32,000 bases of DNA from Candidatus Electrothrix sp. GW3-4 (GTDB lineage: Bacteria > Desulfobacterota > Desulfobulbia > Desulfobulbales > Desulfobulbaceae), in contig NZ_CP147990.1 in the NCBI RefSeq assembly GCF_037902255.1, forward strand, positions 1,800,001 through 1,832,000. The letters run 5' to 3'. Numbering within the stretch: the first letter of the stretch is position 1; every line of letters starts with the position of its first letter. The position numbers and the translations under genes were made by a program. This document shows, piece after piece, positions 1-8,410 of the stretch. The notes beneath the pieces are model-generated. The model saw only the letters and a list, made by a program, of their open reading frames with translations. It searched no databases and was not told the DNA's origin.

Positions 1-395
1 CCTGCAACACCGTGCATAACGGCCGGAAATGCATTGGAGAAGAGATACCGAATGTCTATTTACGCTATGACAGCATAACCAATACCGTCTTTGTTCTTGT
101 CTTACAAAAAGACACCATAGAGGATGGGAAGAAGAAGCCGGTGGTCAATATCTATACCCTTGGGCAAAATATTCCGGTGAACCTTGATGACCCTGGGAAG
201 ATTTCACATTTTTCCTGGGTTATGGATGCGGGACATCGCGTTGGTTGGGAGGGTGCCTTTCAATTGACCCCTGGGGTCTATGATTGTGATACAGGGCAGA
301 GTACCCTTACAGGAGCTCAACCTGCCTCGGAAAAAAAGACAGCAGCAGAGGTGGAGGTCATCGACACAGAGGGGCTCTTTTTAAACTGTAAGTGA
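1..395 (+). CDS. hypothetical protein, C-terminal part (reading frame open to the window start)
   Basis: Frame 3 is open from position 3 to the stop at 393-395. The listed GTG at 12 is probably internal. No family recognised. A terminator hairpin follows. Confidence 0.45.
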   Translation, partial: CNTVHNGRKCIGEEIPNVYLRYDSITNTVFVLVLQKDTIEDGKKKPVVNIYTLGQNIPVNLDDPGKISHFSWVMDAGHRVGWEGAFQLTPGVYDCDTGQSTLTGAQPASEKKTAAEVEVIDTEGLFLNCK

Positions 396-443
396 AAAGA
401 GCCGCTCATGAAGAGAAGAGCAGGGTTTCATCGCATGTTCTGT

Positions 444-484
444 AAGGGGCCAGCCTGTGGAGGGCTGGCCCCTTACCTTGTTTT
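444..484 (+). terminator. rho-independent terminator
   Basis: Perfect 12-bp stem AAGGGGCCAGCC (444-455) / GGCTGGCCCCTT (463-474) with a 7-nt loop, followed by ACCTTGTTTT. Confidence 0.6.
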
Positions 485-592
485 AGAGCTGCCCACAGGT
501 CTTGAATAGTTTGCCTTTCCTGCCCATTTACGGTATATCCTTTTGAGCGGAATGGCACCTTATTGTTAACGACAGAACAACGAAATCCTACC

Positions 593-1060
593 ATGCAAAC
601 AGCCCCTCTCCATATCGTGTTGGTTGAACCGGAAATCCCGCCCAATACCGGGTCAATTGCCCGCCTCTGCGGGGCAACAGATGCTGTTTTGGACCTGGTG
701 CATCCCCTGGGGTTCAGCACTGATGATAAACATCTGAAGCGGGCAGGTCTGGATTATTGGCCCCATGTCAATATCCAACATTGGCAAAACTTCGAGGAAT
801 TTCTTGAGCAGCACGATGAGCGTAAGCTCTTCTTCTTCACCACCAAGTCGGAACGTCCGTATTACCAGGCCACCTTTCATCCAGGAGACTCTCTGGTCTT
901 TGGTCGGGAGACCAAAGGACTCCCTGAAGAAACCCTTGCGCTCTATCCTGACCGCTGTTATACCATTCCCATGACAAATCCGCATATCCGCAGCCTCAAC
1001 CTGGCCATGAGTGCCGGGATTGTTCTTTATGAGGCCCTGCGTCAGGTACAATCTCGTTAA
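593..1060 (+). CDS. trmL: tRNA (cytidine/uridine(34)-2'-O)-methyltransferase TrmL (SpoU/TrmH family)
   Basis: LHIVLVEPEIPPNTGSIARLCGAT...DDKHLKRAGLDYW...FGRETKGLP...IPM...RSLNLAMSAGIVLYEA aligns by eye along its length with E. coli TrmL/YibK. The ATG at 593 (MQTAPLHIVL) gives a family-typical N-terminus. The TTG at 563 in the ORF track is an alternative start. Confidence 0.85.
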   Translation: MQTAPLHIVLVEPEIPPNTGSIARLCGATDAVLDLVHPLGFSTDDKHLKRAGLDYWPHVNIQHWQNFEEFLEQHDERKLFFFTTKSERPYYQATFHPGDSLVFGRETKGLPEETLALYPDRCYTIPMTNPHIRSLNLAMSAGIVLYEALRQVQSR

Positions 1061-1170
1061 CTTCCTCCCGGCCCCGTTGGGCCAGGACAACAAAAGAGCA
1101 AAGGCAGGAAGGCCTGATCAGCTTCACTGACCACTTTCATATAAAACCCCATTGAGGAGCATGACATACA

Positions 1171-2253
1171 ATGCCAGAGAGAATTTATAATTTCAGCCCC
1201 GGACCAGCAACCCTGCCCTATCCTGTTCTTGAAGAGGCAGCTCAAGACATTGTCAATTTCAAGGATAAGGGCATTGGTCTTATTGAGATGAGCCATCGCT
1301 CCAAGGAGTTTATGGCCGTGGCTGATGAGACCGAGGCCCTGGTGCGTGAATTGCTGGCGGTGCCGGAAAACTACAAGGTCCTCTTTCTTCAGGGCGGGGC
1401 CTCGTCGCAGTTTTTCATGGTCCCCATGAACCTGCTCGGGGCAGGAAAAAAGGCAACCTACCTGAACACCGGTACCTGGGCCAAGAAGGCCATTAAGGAG
1501 GCTAAACTGTTCGGTGATATTGATGTGGCCTATACCAGCGAAGAGAGCAGCTTTAACCGGGTCCCAGAAGAGGATGAGTACAGCGTGGATCGGGCCTCAG
1601 AATACCTCTACCTCTGCTCGAATAACACCATCTACGGCACCCAGTTTGCCCAGTTTCCTGGCAAGGGAAGGATGCTGGTCTGTGATATGTCCTCAGATAT
1701 CTTCTCCCGGCCCCTGGATATCTCCCGCTTTGGCATTATCTTTGCTGGTGCCCAGAAGAACATGGGGCCTGCTGGCGTGACCCTGGTTATCATTCGGGAA
1801 GATCTGCTGGATTGCGCCCCGGAGAACGTGCCCACCATGCTCCGCTACAAGACCCATGCCGATAAGGGCTCCATGTTCAATACCCCACCGACCTTTGCCA
1901 TCTACTGTGTGGGGCGGGTCCTGAACTGGTTAAAAGAGCAGGGTGGTGTTGCTGCCATGCAAAAGCGCAATGAAGAAAAGGCAGCGCTGTTGTACGAGGC
2001 CATTGACGGCAGTGATTTTTATCGGGGCCATGCCGAGAAGGCCTCTCGCTCCCTGATGAACGTGACCTTTAACCTGCCCACCCCAGAGTTAGAGGCTGAG
2101 TTCATTGCCGAGGCCGCAGCTCTTGGGTTGGATGGGCTGAAGGGACATCGTTCCATTGGCGGTTGCCGGGCCTCTATCTATAATGCCTTTCCCAAGCAAG
2201 GGGTGGAAAAACTGGTTGCCTTTATGGCAGAGTTTGCTGCAAACAAGGGGTGA
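1171..2253 (+). CDS. serC: 3-phosphoserine/phosphohydroxythreonine aminotransferase
   Basis: 360 aa. N-terminus IYNFSPGPATLPYPVLEEA...IEMSHRSKEF...YKVLFLQGGASSQF is the classic SerC signature. GAGGAG lies 11 nt upstream of the ATG. Confidence 0.95.
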   Translation: MPERIYNFSPGPATLPYPVLEEAAQDIVNFKDKGIGLIEMSHRSKEFMAVADETEALVRELLAVPENYKVLFLQGGASSQFFMVPMNLLGAGKKATYLNTGTWAKKAIKEAKLFGDIDVAYTSEESSFNRVPEEDEYSVDRASEYLYLCSNNTIYGTQFAQFPGKGRMLVCDMSSDIFSRPLDISRFGIIFAGAQKNMGPAGVTLVIIREDLLDCAPENVPTMLRYKTHADKGSMFNTPPTFAIYCVGRVLNWLKEQGGVAAMQKRNEEKAALLYEAIDGSDFYRGHAEKASRSLMNVTFNLPTPELEAEFIAEAAALGLDGLKGHRSIGGCRASIYNAFPKQGVEKLVAFMAEFAANKG

Positions 2254-2256
2254 TCC

Positions 2257-3147
2257 TTGCCCTTTGTTCTTCTTCTGGCTCTTGGACGCCTCCTGGATTA
2301 TCTGAAGATTTTTCCTCCAGGAGCTGATAAGAGCCTGAACCTCTATGTCATCTACATTGCCCTGCCAGCCCTGATCCTGCGCCAAGTACCTGGTTTGGCT
2401 TTCTCAGGAGAATACCTCGCCCCTCTGATTATGCCGTGGTTGGTCCTGCTCTTTTCCGGCCTGCTCGTCTTTCTTCTTTGCCGCCTGCTCCATTGGTCCC
2501 GAGAGATCACCGGGGCCCTGCTCCTTATGGTGCCGCTGGGAAATACCGCTTTTCTTGGTCTTCCCATGGTGGAACATTTTTTCGGCCCAGAAGCTGTTTC
2601 CTCTGCCGTTCTCTATGATCAGTTTGGTTCCTTTCTGATCCTCTCCAGCTATGGGGCCTTTATCCTGGCTCTCTATGGGAGTGGTGAGAAACCACGCCCC
2701 TGGGTGGTTTTGAAAAAGGTCCTGACCTTTCCCCCCTTTCTCACCCTCCTTGTCGCGCTTTTCCTGCGGGGGATTGTCTTACCAGCCTGGTGGCAGCCAA
2801 ATCTGTCTCTGATCTCTCAATCCATGACCCCAGTGGTGATGGTTTCCATTGGCATCCAGATGCGCCTCTTCCTGCCACGACATGAACTCCTCCCCCTGGC
2901 CCTCGGGCTTGTCCTGCGTCTCTTGATCACACCGCTTATCTTTCTCTGGGCCTGTCGTTACCTGCAACTCTCTGGCAGAGCCGTCCAGGTTGCGCTGCTG
3001 GAAACCGCCATGCCATCCATGATCATGGCCAGTGTCTTGGCCTCTGTTGCAGGCCTGAAACCCCGGTTAACTTCGGCAATGGCTGCTTATGGAATTGGCT
3101 GTGCCTTTGTTACCTTGCCAATTATTTATAATCTGGTGTCGGCATAA
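2257..3147 (+). CDS. AEC (auxin efflux carrier) family membrane transporter
   Basis: 296 aa and polytopic. LGRLL...LNLYVIYIALPALI and the C-terminal LETAMPSMIMASVLA are typical of the AEC family. The TTG start lies 4 nt after the serC stop. The frame is closed upstream, so the protein lacks the usual first ~15 residues of the family. Confidence 0.75.
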   Translation: MPFVLLLALGRLLDYLKIFPPGADKSLNLYVIYIALPALILRQVPGLAFSGEYLAPLIMPWLVLLFSGLLVFLLCRLLHWSREITGALLLMVPLGNTAFLGLPMVEHFFGPEAVSSAVLYDQFGSFLILSSYGAFILALYGSGEKPRPWVVLKKVLTFPPFLTLLVALFLRGIVLPAWWQPNLSLISQSMTPVVMVSIGIQMRLFLPRHELLPLALGLVLRLLITPLIFLWACRYLQLSGRAVQVALLETAMPSMIMASVLASVAGLKPRLTSAMAAYGIGCAFVTLPIIYNLVSA

Positions 3148-3183
3148 AAAAAGGGGGAACGGATAACTCCGCTCCCCCTTTTA
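3146..3183. terminator. bidirectional rho-independent terminator between the transporter gene and dnaK
   Basis: AAAAAA-AAGGGGGAACGG-ataact-CCGCTCCCCCTT-TT: a 12-bp stem with one mismatch, an A-run on one side and a T-run on the other. It sits between convergent genes. Confidence 0.6.
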
Positions 3184-3207
3184 GCAACAAGCTAAACTTC
3201 GAAAAGC

Positions 3208-5142
3208 TTACTTCACTTCTTCAAAATCAGCATCAACAACATCGTCATCATCATCTTTGCCTGAAGAGGAGCTACCACCTGCTGCACCAGCACCAGCACC
3301 TGCTGCGCCCGCTGCTCCGGCAGCACCGCCATCCTGAGAAGCCTGGGCGTACATCAGCTCTGCCAGCTTATGGGAGGCCTGGGTCAGGGTCTCAGTAGCA
3401 GACTTAATGGCCTCAAGGTCATCCCCTTCAAGGGCCTTTTTCAGGTTTTCGATCTCGCGCTCTACATTGGCCTTGGTCTCGGCATCCACCTTATCACCCA
3501 ACTCATTCAGGCTTTTTTCGGTCATGTGGATCATGGAGTCGCCGTTATTCTTGGCCTCAACCATTTCCTTGCGTTTCTTGTCCTCTTCCGCATGCAGCTC
3601 AGCATCCTTTTTCATCTTCTCAATCTCTTCCTCACTCAGACCGGAAGAGGCGGTGATGCGGATGGACTGCTCTTTACCCGTGCCCATGTCCTTGGCAGAG
3701 ACATGGAGGATACCGTTGGCGTCCAGGTCAAAGGTGACCTCAATCTGGGGGACCCCACGCGGTGCAGGCGGGATATCTGCCAGCTCAAAACGACCAATGG
3801 TCTTGTTGGCATCAGCCATTTCGCGTTCACCCTGGAGGACATGGATGGATACGGCAGGCTGGTTGTCGGCTGCGGTGGAGAAGACCTGACTCTTCTTGGT
3901 TGGGACGGTGGTGTTCTTTTCAATCAGCTTGGTCATAACACCGCCCAGGGTCTCAATGCCGAGCGAGAGCGGGGTAACATCAAGGAGCAGAACATCTTTG
4001 ACATCACCGCGCAGAACACCACCCTGGATAGCAGCACCGATAGCAACAACTTCATCCGGGTTCACCCCCTTATGCGGGTCTTTGCCGAAGATCTGCTTGA
4101 CCTTCTCCTGGACCTTGGGCATACGGATCATACCACCGACCAGGATGACCTCGTCGATATCAGAGGCAGACAGGCCAGCATCCTTGAGTGCGGTCAGGCA
4201 GGGGCCTTCACAGCGATCAATGAGGTCTGCAACCAGGGATTCCAGTTTTGCCCGGGACAGTTTAACGTTCAGATGCTTGGGACCGGTGGCATCAGCAGTA
4301 ATAAAGGGCAGGTTGATATCGGTCTCCATAGAGGAGGACAGCTCTTTCTTGGCCTTTTCTGCCTCTTCCTTGAGACGCTGCAGCGCCATCTTGTCATCAC
4401 GGAGATCAACACCCTGCTCCCGCTTGAACTCGTCTGCCAGCCAGTTGACGATACGCATGTCAAAGTCTTCACCACCGAGGAAGGTGTCACCGTTGGTGGA
4501 CTTGACCTCAAAGACTCCGTCGCCGATCTCCAGGATAGAGACGTCAAAGGTACCACCACCCAGGTCAAAGACGGCGATTTTCTCTTCGCCTTTTTTGTCC
4601 AGACCATAGGCCAGAGAGGCTGCGGTGGGCTCGTTGATGATGCGTTGCACGTTCAGACCAGCGATCTTGCCTGCATCCTTGGTTGCCTGGCGCTGTGCAT
4701 CGTTGAAGTAGGCAGGAACAGTGACAACCGCTTCAGTTACGGTCTCACCCAGGTATTCTTCTGCGGTCTTCTTCATCTTGCCCAGGGTCATGGCAGAGAC
4801 CTCGGCTGCGGAATAGGACTTGCCGTCCACCTCGACCATTGCATCGCCATTGGGGCCTTCCACGATCTTGAAGGGGCTCAGCTCAATGGATTTTTTTACT
4901 TCAGGGTCAGTGAATTTGCGACCGATCAGTCGTTTGATAGCAAACAGGGTCTTGGTCGGGTTGGTAACTGCCTGGCGTTTTGCCACCTGACCGACCAAAC
5001 GCTCGCCGCTGTCGGAAAAGGCAACAATTGATGGGGTTGTCCGGGTCCCTTCGCTGTTTTCAATAACCTTAGGATCACCGCCATCCATAATGGCCACACA
5101 AGAGTTGGTGGTTCCCAGGTCAATTCCTATTATTTTACTCAT
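3208..5142 (-). CDS. dnaK: molecular chaperone DnaK (Hsp70)
   Basis: 644 aa. [17 protein letters not shown]...[10 protein letters not shown]...[14 protein letters not shown]... with a Gly/Ala-rich acidic tail; unmistakable Hsp70. Confidence 0.98.
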   Translation of the reverse strand: MSKIIGIDLGTTNSCVAIMDGGDPKVIENSEGTRTTPSIVAFSDSGERLVGQVAKRQAVTNPTKTLFAIKRLIGRKFTDPEVKKSIELSPFKIVEGPNGDAMVEVDGKSYSAAEVSAMTLGKMKKTAEEYLGETVTEAVVTVPAYFNDAQRQATKDAGKIAGLNVQRIINEPTAASLAYGLDKKGEEKIAVFDLGGGTFDVSILEIGDGVFEVKSTNGDTFLGGEDFDMRIVNWLADEFKREQGVDLRDDKMALQRLKEEAEKAKKELSSSMETDINLPFITADATGPKHLNVKLSRAKLESLVADLIDRCEGPCLTALKDAGLSASDIDEVILVGGMIRMPKVQEKVKQIFGKDPHKGVNPDEVVAIGAAIQGGVLRGDVKDVLLLDVTPLSLGIETLGGVMTKLIEKNTTVPTKKSQVFSTAADNQPAVSIHVLQGEREMADANKTIGRFELADIPPAPRGVPQIEVTFDLDANGILHVSAKDMGTGKEQSIRITASSGLSEEEIEKMKKDAELHAEEDKKRKEMVEAKNNGDSMIHMTEKSLNELGDKVDAETKANVEREIENLKKALEGDDLEAIKSATETLTQASHKLAELMYAQASQDGGAAGAAGAAGAGAGAAGGSSSSGKDDDDDVVDADFEEVK

Positions 5143-5306
5143 AATTTTTCTCCTTTCTCTCGTTATCCTGAAAACAGCTTCCTGGCTGTTCTTTATCTCT
5201 GGATCTCATTTTGAATGTTCATTCCTTCTCTCGACTTCCTACAATGCGCATGAAAACAGGATTGTCAAGGAGTGAATGATAACTTCTTCGGTTCCGCAGG
5301 GAGAAT

Positions 5307-5921
5307 TTACTCCTCTTTTTTCTCGGCAGGGCCACTGGAGACCACGACCTGGGCATGGCGAAGAACCCGGTCCTTAAAGGTATAGCCCTTGGCAAACTCG
5401 GTGACCACATGGTTAGCAGGTATCTCCTCACTGGCCTCCATGGTCAGGGCATCCATCTCATCGGGATTAAAAGGCTGTCCCAAGGCATCCAGCGGGGTCA
5501 CCTCAAAGCGCTCCAGCATGGTGTGCAGGCCTTTTTTGGTCAGCTCTACTCCAGCCAGCAGGGCCTCAAGCTTTTGCGCAGGATCACCGCCCTCAACCGC
5601 TCCCTGTTCCAGGGCCCGGTCCAGGTTATCCACACTGGTCAAGAGCTCCCGCAGGATATTCTCACCAGCGTATTTGAGCAACTTGGCCTTGTCACGCTCC
5701 ATCCGCTTTTTAAAGTTCTCTGCATCGGCGGCAATGCGCAACATCTTGGTGCGGGTTTCTTCCAGCTCCTGAGAAAGGGTTTCCACAGAGGTCTGCTCTT
5801 CTTCCTCTGTTGCGGCCTCTGTAGTCTCCTCTTGCTCTTCAGCCGAGTCAGTCACCTCCTCCTGCACCTCTTCTTGTTCCTCTTCAACAATTTCTGCTTC
5901 AACTTTCTTTTTTTCAGTCAC
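5307..5921 (-). CDS. grpE: nucleotide exchange factor GrpE
   Basis: Acidic N-terminus, then RIAADAENFKKRMERDK...LLTSVDNLDRAL...VTEFAKGYTFKDRVLRHAQVVV is the GrpE signature. The GTG at 5921 is preceded by AGGAGA at about 8 nt, so it is preferred over the ATG at 5945 in the ORF track. Confidence 0.9.
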   Translation of the reverse strand: MTEKKKVEAEIVEEEQEEVQEEVTDSAEEQEETTEAATEEEEQTSVETLSQELEETRTKMLRIAADAENFKKRMERDKAKLLKYAGENILRELLTSVDNLDRALEQGAVEGGDPAQKLEALLAGVELTKKGLHTMLERFEVTPLDALGQPFNPDEMDALTMEASEEIPANHVVTEFAKGYTFKDRVLRHAQVVVSSGPAEKKEE

Positions 5922-5993
5922 GTATCGTTCTCCTAGGATGATCATCCGGCTGACCGGATAAAAAAAATCTTTGTGATGATTAAATCAGATGCA

Positions 5994-6022
5994 ACAATAA
6001 GTATGGGTATTTTTCGTGTCAA
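5994..6022 (-). promoter_or_regulatory. candidate sigma70-type promoter of grpE
   Basis: On the minus strand, TTGACA (6022-6017), a 17-nt spacer, then TATTGT (5999-5994), about 70 nt upstream of the grpE start. The preceding TCTCTCCCTTGACA also resembles a sigma32 -35 box, but the spacing to CCCATACT is too short. Confidence 0.35.
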
Positions 6023-6278
6023 GGGAGAGAAAGGAGGGGAGAGAGGTTTATTGCGCTCTGTTGAGGTGCTGCTGAAGGCGTTTTGCTGCGTATTCCCATC
6101 CTGAAAATTCTTCCTGAAGATGAAGTTGGGTGCGAATTCCTTCTGCCTGTGAGAAAAAAAGGCCGTTGACGAATAGAGAAAGGCGAGTTAGAACAAGGAG
6201 AAGACGAGTAGGGTCGCAATGCGGGATCTGTTCAGGCCAAGAGACAGCACGGGGGACATTTGCACGTCCCTGGTCAAG

Positions 6279-6525
6279 GAAAGAGGTCGCTCATTCGTTA
6301 AGAGAGGCTCCACTCTTTTAAAAAGAGGCCATCCTTTTCTTGCGAGAGGTCGCTCTTTCGTTAAAAGAGAGCTCACCCTTTCGTTAAGAGAGGGGCCACT
6401 CTTTTAAAAAGTAGTCGTCCTTTTCTTAAGAGAGCCACCACTCTTTTCAAGAGTGGGACCTCTTTTGTCGCGAGAGGCTGTTCGTTTGGCAAAAGTGGCG
6501 CCTCTTTTTCGCAAAGAAAAGACCC
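6279..6525. repeat. tandem array of about 11-12 degenerate 21-nt palindromic units (AAGAGaGG-n-CCaCTCTTTT)
   Basis: Consecutive units read directly: aagaggtcgctcattcgtt / aagagaggctccactctttta / aaaagaggccatccttttctt / gcgagaggtcgctctttcgtt / aaaagagagctcaccctttcgtt / aagagaggggccactctttta / aaaagtagtcgtccttttctt / aagagagccaccactcttttc / aagagtgggacctcttttgtc / gcgagaggctgttcgtttg / gcaaaagtggcgcctctttttc. Confidence 0.7.
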
Positions 6526-6608
6526 AGGGCCAGTGAGCGGAAGAAGGCGAAGAGGAAGGATGGGGAGTGATGTCTCCCGGCCCGGAGAGGGGTCTCCGGG
6601 CTCTTCGG
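6523..6608 (+). repeat. degenerate copy 1 of the intergenic repeat family (purine-rich tract plus conserved hairpin)
   Basis: cccagggCCAGTGAGCGGAAGAAGgCGAAGAgGAAGGATGgGGagtgatgtctccCGGCCCGGAGAGGGgTCTCCGGGCTcTT aligns with copies 2 and 3 with indels. The GCCCGGAGA/TCTCCGGGC stem is retained. Confidence 0.6.
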
Positions 6609-6642
6609 AATATCCTCAAGAGGCATGGAGTCTGCAATTTAT

Positions 6643-7125
6643 ATGAAACCGATAGTATATGTTGAATCGTCTGTTATCAGTTATTTGACTTCTCGTCCGA
6701 GTCGTGATGTGGTTATTGCCGGACGACAGGCGGTCACTGTTGAGTGGTGGGATACACAGAGGCATCGCTTTGAGATGCGTATTTCTATCCTTGTGGAAGA
6801 AGAAATAAGCAGAGGGGATGTTGCGGCAGCCGAGTTGCGAAAGAGCAGGGTGGCTGATATCCCGAGCCTGTCTATTTCCGATGAGGCTGTCTGGGTGGCG
6901 AATCTTCTGCTGGAGGAAAAAGCCGTCCCGCTAGGCAGCGAGGATGATGCCCTGCATATAGGTATTGCGGCGGCACAGGGAAGCGATTATCTTTTAACGT
7001 GGAACTTTAAGCATATCAATAACGCCGAAAAAAAGGCTGCGATAACCCGGCTGGTGGAATCCTGCGGCTATGCCTGTCCGCTGTTCTGTTCGCTGGAAGA
7101 ACTGGGAGGAGAAACAGATGATTGA
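6643..7125 (+). CDS. PIN-domain (VapC-like) toxin
   Basis: MKPIVYVESSVISYL...DALHIGIAAAQGSDYLLTWNFKHINN carries the conserved acidic residues and the LTWNFKHI motif of this PIN subfamily. The ATG at 6643 is preferred over 6625. Confidence 0.8.
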   Translation: MKPIVYVESSVISYLTSRPSRDVVIAGRQAVTVEWWDTQRHRFEMRISILVEEEISRGDVAAAELRKSRVADIPSLSISDEAVWVANLLLEEKAVPLGSEDDALHIGIAAAQGSDYLLTWNFKHINNAEKKAAITRLVESCGYACPLFCSLEELGGETDD

Positions 7126-7300
7126 TGATCCGATTGTTGAAGAGATACGTCGTTTTCGTAAAGAACATGCGGCTCAGTATGGAAATAATCTTCAACGTAT
7201 TGTCGAGGCGTTGCGGGAGAAAGAGCGGCTGTCCGACCGGGTGCGGTTGAATCCGGGGCCGAAGCGGTTGGGTGAAAAGGTGTTGGGGAAAGAGGCGTAA
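7118..7300 (+). CDS. small partner protein of the PIN toxin (putative antitoxin)
   Basis: 60 aa, MIDDPIVEEIRRFRKEHAAQYGNNLQRIVEALREKE... GGAGGAG lies 6 nt upstream. The start overlaps the last 8 nt of the PIN gene (7118-7125), which suggests translational coupling. Confidence 0.55.
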   Translation: MIDDPIVEEIRRFRKEHAAQYGNNLQRIVEALREKERLSDRVRLNPGPKRLGEKVLGKEA

Positions 7301-7382
7301 TCATCGCTCAGAGGGACAATGCGAACAAAGATCGCTAGCTTGTGCGGGCGGCGGTCAAGGGGATCTGTGGGCCGGATTCGTT

Positions 7383-7502
7383 GGAGTATGAGATGGTCGG
7401 CGGAACCCAGTCCAGTGAGCGGAAGAAGCCGAAGAAGAAGGATGAAGGGGAGGAGTGAAGCTTATGGCCCGGAGAGGGATCTCCGGGCTGTTGTTGGATG
7501 TC
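7383..7502 (+). repeat. copy 2 of the ~120-bp intergenic repeat
   Basis: GGAGTATGAGATGGTCGGCGGAACCCAGTCCAGTGAGCGGAAGAAGCCGAAGAAGAAGGATGAAGGGGAGGAGTGAAGCTTATGGCCCGGAGAGGGATCTCCGGGCTGTTG... is identical to 8143-8262 except for about 4 positions. Confidence 0.85.
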
Positions 7503-7546
7503 CGTTGCGGGACGAAATACATCAGCAGTGCGGAGTATAATCTGTT

Positions 7547-7825
7547 ATGATTATCAAGTTCAAGCATAAAGGACTCAGGAAATTGTTTCAATCAGGTAAC
7601 ATAGCCGGGATTCTTCCAGGACATGCGAACAGGCTTCGCAAGATTCTTGCCTTGCTTGCAACGGCAGAATCTCCTGATGATCTGGACCTGCCCGGTCTTC
7701 GTTTGCATGCACTGAAAGGAAGCAGGGCCGGAACATGGTCGGTGACGGTCAGCGGAAACTGGAGGGTGACTTTTCGATTTCACAATGCTGATGTAACGGA
7801 TGTTCATTACGAAGATTATCATTAA
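7547..7825 (+). CDS. higB: HigB-type toxin (plasmid maintenance system killer, RelE/ParE superfamily)
   Basis: 92 aa. [17 protein letters not shown]...[31 protein letters not shown]...DVHYEDYH is the canonical HigB pattern. Confidence 0.85.
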   Translation: MIIKFKHKGLRKLFQSGNIAGILPGHANRLRKILALLATAESPDDLDLPGLRLHALKGSRAGTWSVTVSGNWRVTFRFHNADVTDVHYEDYH

Positions 7826-7836
7826 CGAGGTTGATT

Positions 7837-8121
7837 ATGGAGATGTACAATCCTCCGCATCCGGGAGAGATTATCCGGGAATTCTGTCTGGATGCCTTGG
7901 AGTTGAGCGTGACTGATGCGGCCAAGGCGTTGGGAGTGACACGCAAGAGGTTATCTGCTCTGTTGAACGGTCGTTCCAAGATAAGCCCGGAAATGGCCTT
8001 GCGGTTGTCCAAGGTCTTCGGGCGCACTCCCGAAGGTTGGCTGAAACTTCAGCTTCAGTTTGACTTGGGCAAGATCAGGAAGAAGGTGGATTTGAGTAGG
8101 TTGAAGCGAATGGAGCTGTAA
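7837..8121 (+). CDS. higA: HigA-type antitoxin (XRE-family HTH)
   Basis: [68 protein letters not shown] is the HigA/VapI signature. The ATG at 7837 has GAGG 6 nt upstream and is preferred over the TTG at 7831. Confidence 0.9.
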   Translation: MEMYNPPHPGEIIREFCLDALELSVTDAAKALGVTRKRLSALLNGRSKISPEMALRLSKVFGRTPEGWLKLQLQFDLGKIRKKVDLSRLKRMEL

Positions 8122-8142
8122 AATTATCGGTGCGAACTCTTC

Positions 8143-8262
8143 GGAGTACGAGATGGTCGGCGGAACCCGGTCCAGTGAGCGGAAGAAGCCGAAGAAGAAG
8201 GATGAAGGGGAGGAGTGAAGCTTATGGCCCGGAGAGGGATCTCCGGGCTGTTGACGGATGTC
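8143..8262 (+). repeat. copy 3 of the ~120-bp intergenic repeat
   Basis: Collinear with 7383-7502 at an offset of 760 bp. Mismatches seen at 8149, 8169 and 8254-8255. Confidence 0.85.
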
Positions 8263-8363
8263 GCGTGCCTTATAATCCCGTATTATCACCCCTTTCTCTC
8301 CCATTTCCCCCTCTATTTTTCCCCGTTGCATTAATCCTGTAATTGGTTCAGAATTTGAAATTC

Positions 8364-8400
8364 AAAAAAAGGCACGGACGTATCAGTGCCTTGCTTTCTG
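8364..8400. terminator. hairpin flanked by an A-run and a T-rich tail (possible bidirectional terminator)
   Basis: AAAAAAA-AAGGCAC(8369-8375)-ggacgtatca-GTGCCTT(8386-8392)-gctttctg. The T-run is strong only on the minus strand. Confidence 0.4.
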
Positions 8401-8410
8401 GTTAGAACCG

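Noticed and set aside
553-567. Sigma54-like TGGCAC-n5-TGTT just upstream of trmL.
   Set aside because: The spacing to the -12 element is off by one and the -12 box reads TTGT rather than TTGC. There is no enhancer-binding context, and it overlaps the possible TTG start.
3370-5031. A 553-aa ORF plus several 100-240-aa ORFs on the plus strand and in other frames inside dnaK and grpE.
   Set aside because: They are antisense or alternate-frame shadows of clearly identified, highly conserved genes. Their composition is low-complexity and they have no ribosome sites.
5946-6060. CIRCE or a sigma32 promoter for grpE.
   Set aside because: No CIRCE inverted repeat is present. TCTCTCCCTTGACA resembles a sigma32 -35 box, but CCCATACT follows after only about 9-10 nt, too close for sigma32 spacing. 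A sigma70 reading fits better.
6279-6525. Possible CRISPR array.
   Set aside because: The period is only 21 nt with no unique spacers between units. The units are degenerate, and no cas genes or leader are present.
6019-6637. Small ORFs (62-77 aa) encoding KRG-type heptad repeats across the 21-nt array.
   Set aside because: Similar peptides appear on both strands purely because the units are palindromic. Every frame is broken by stops, and no start or RBS context is present.
7383-8262. Interpretation of the 120-bp repeats as integron attC sites (VCR-like, similar length, TA cassettes between them).
   Set aside because: I could not find the required R''/L''-L'/R' imperfect inverted-repeat structure. 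GTTGGAT in copy 2 fits GTTRRRY, but there is no complementary RYYYAAC partner and copy 3 reads GTTGACG. No intI gene is in the window. The idea is kept only as something to test with HattCI.
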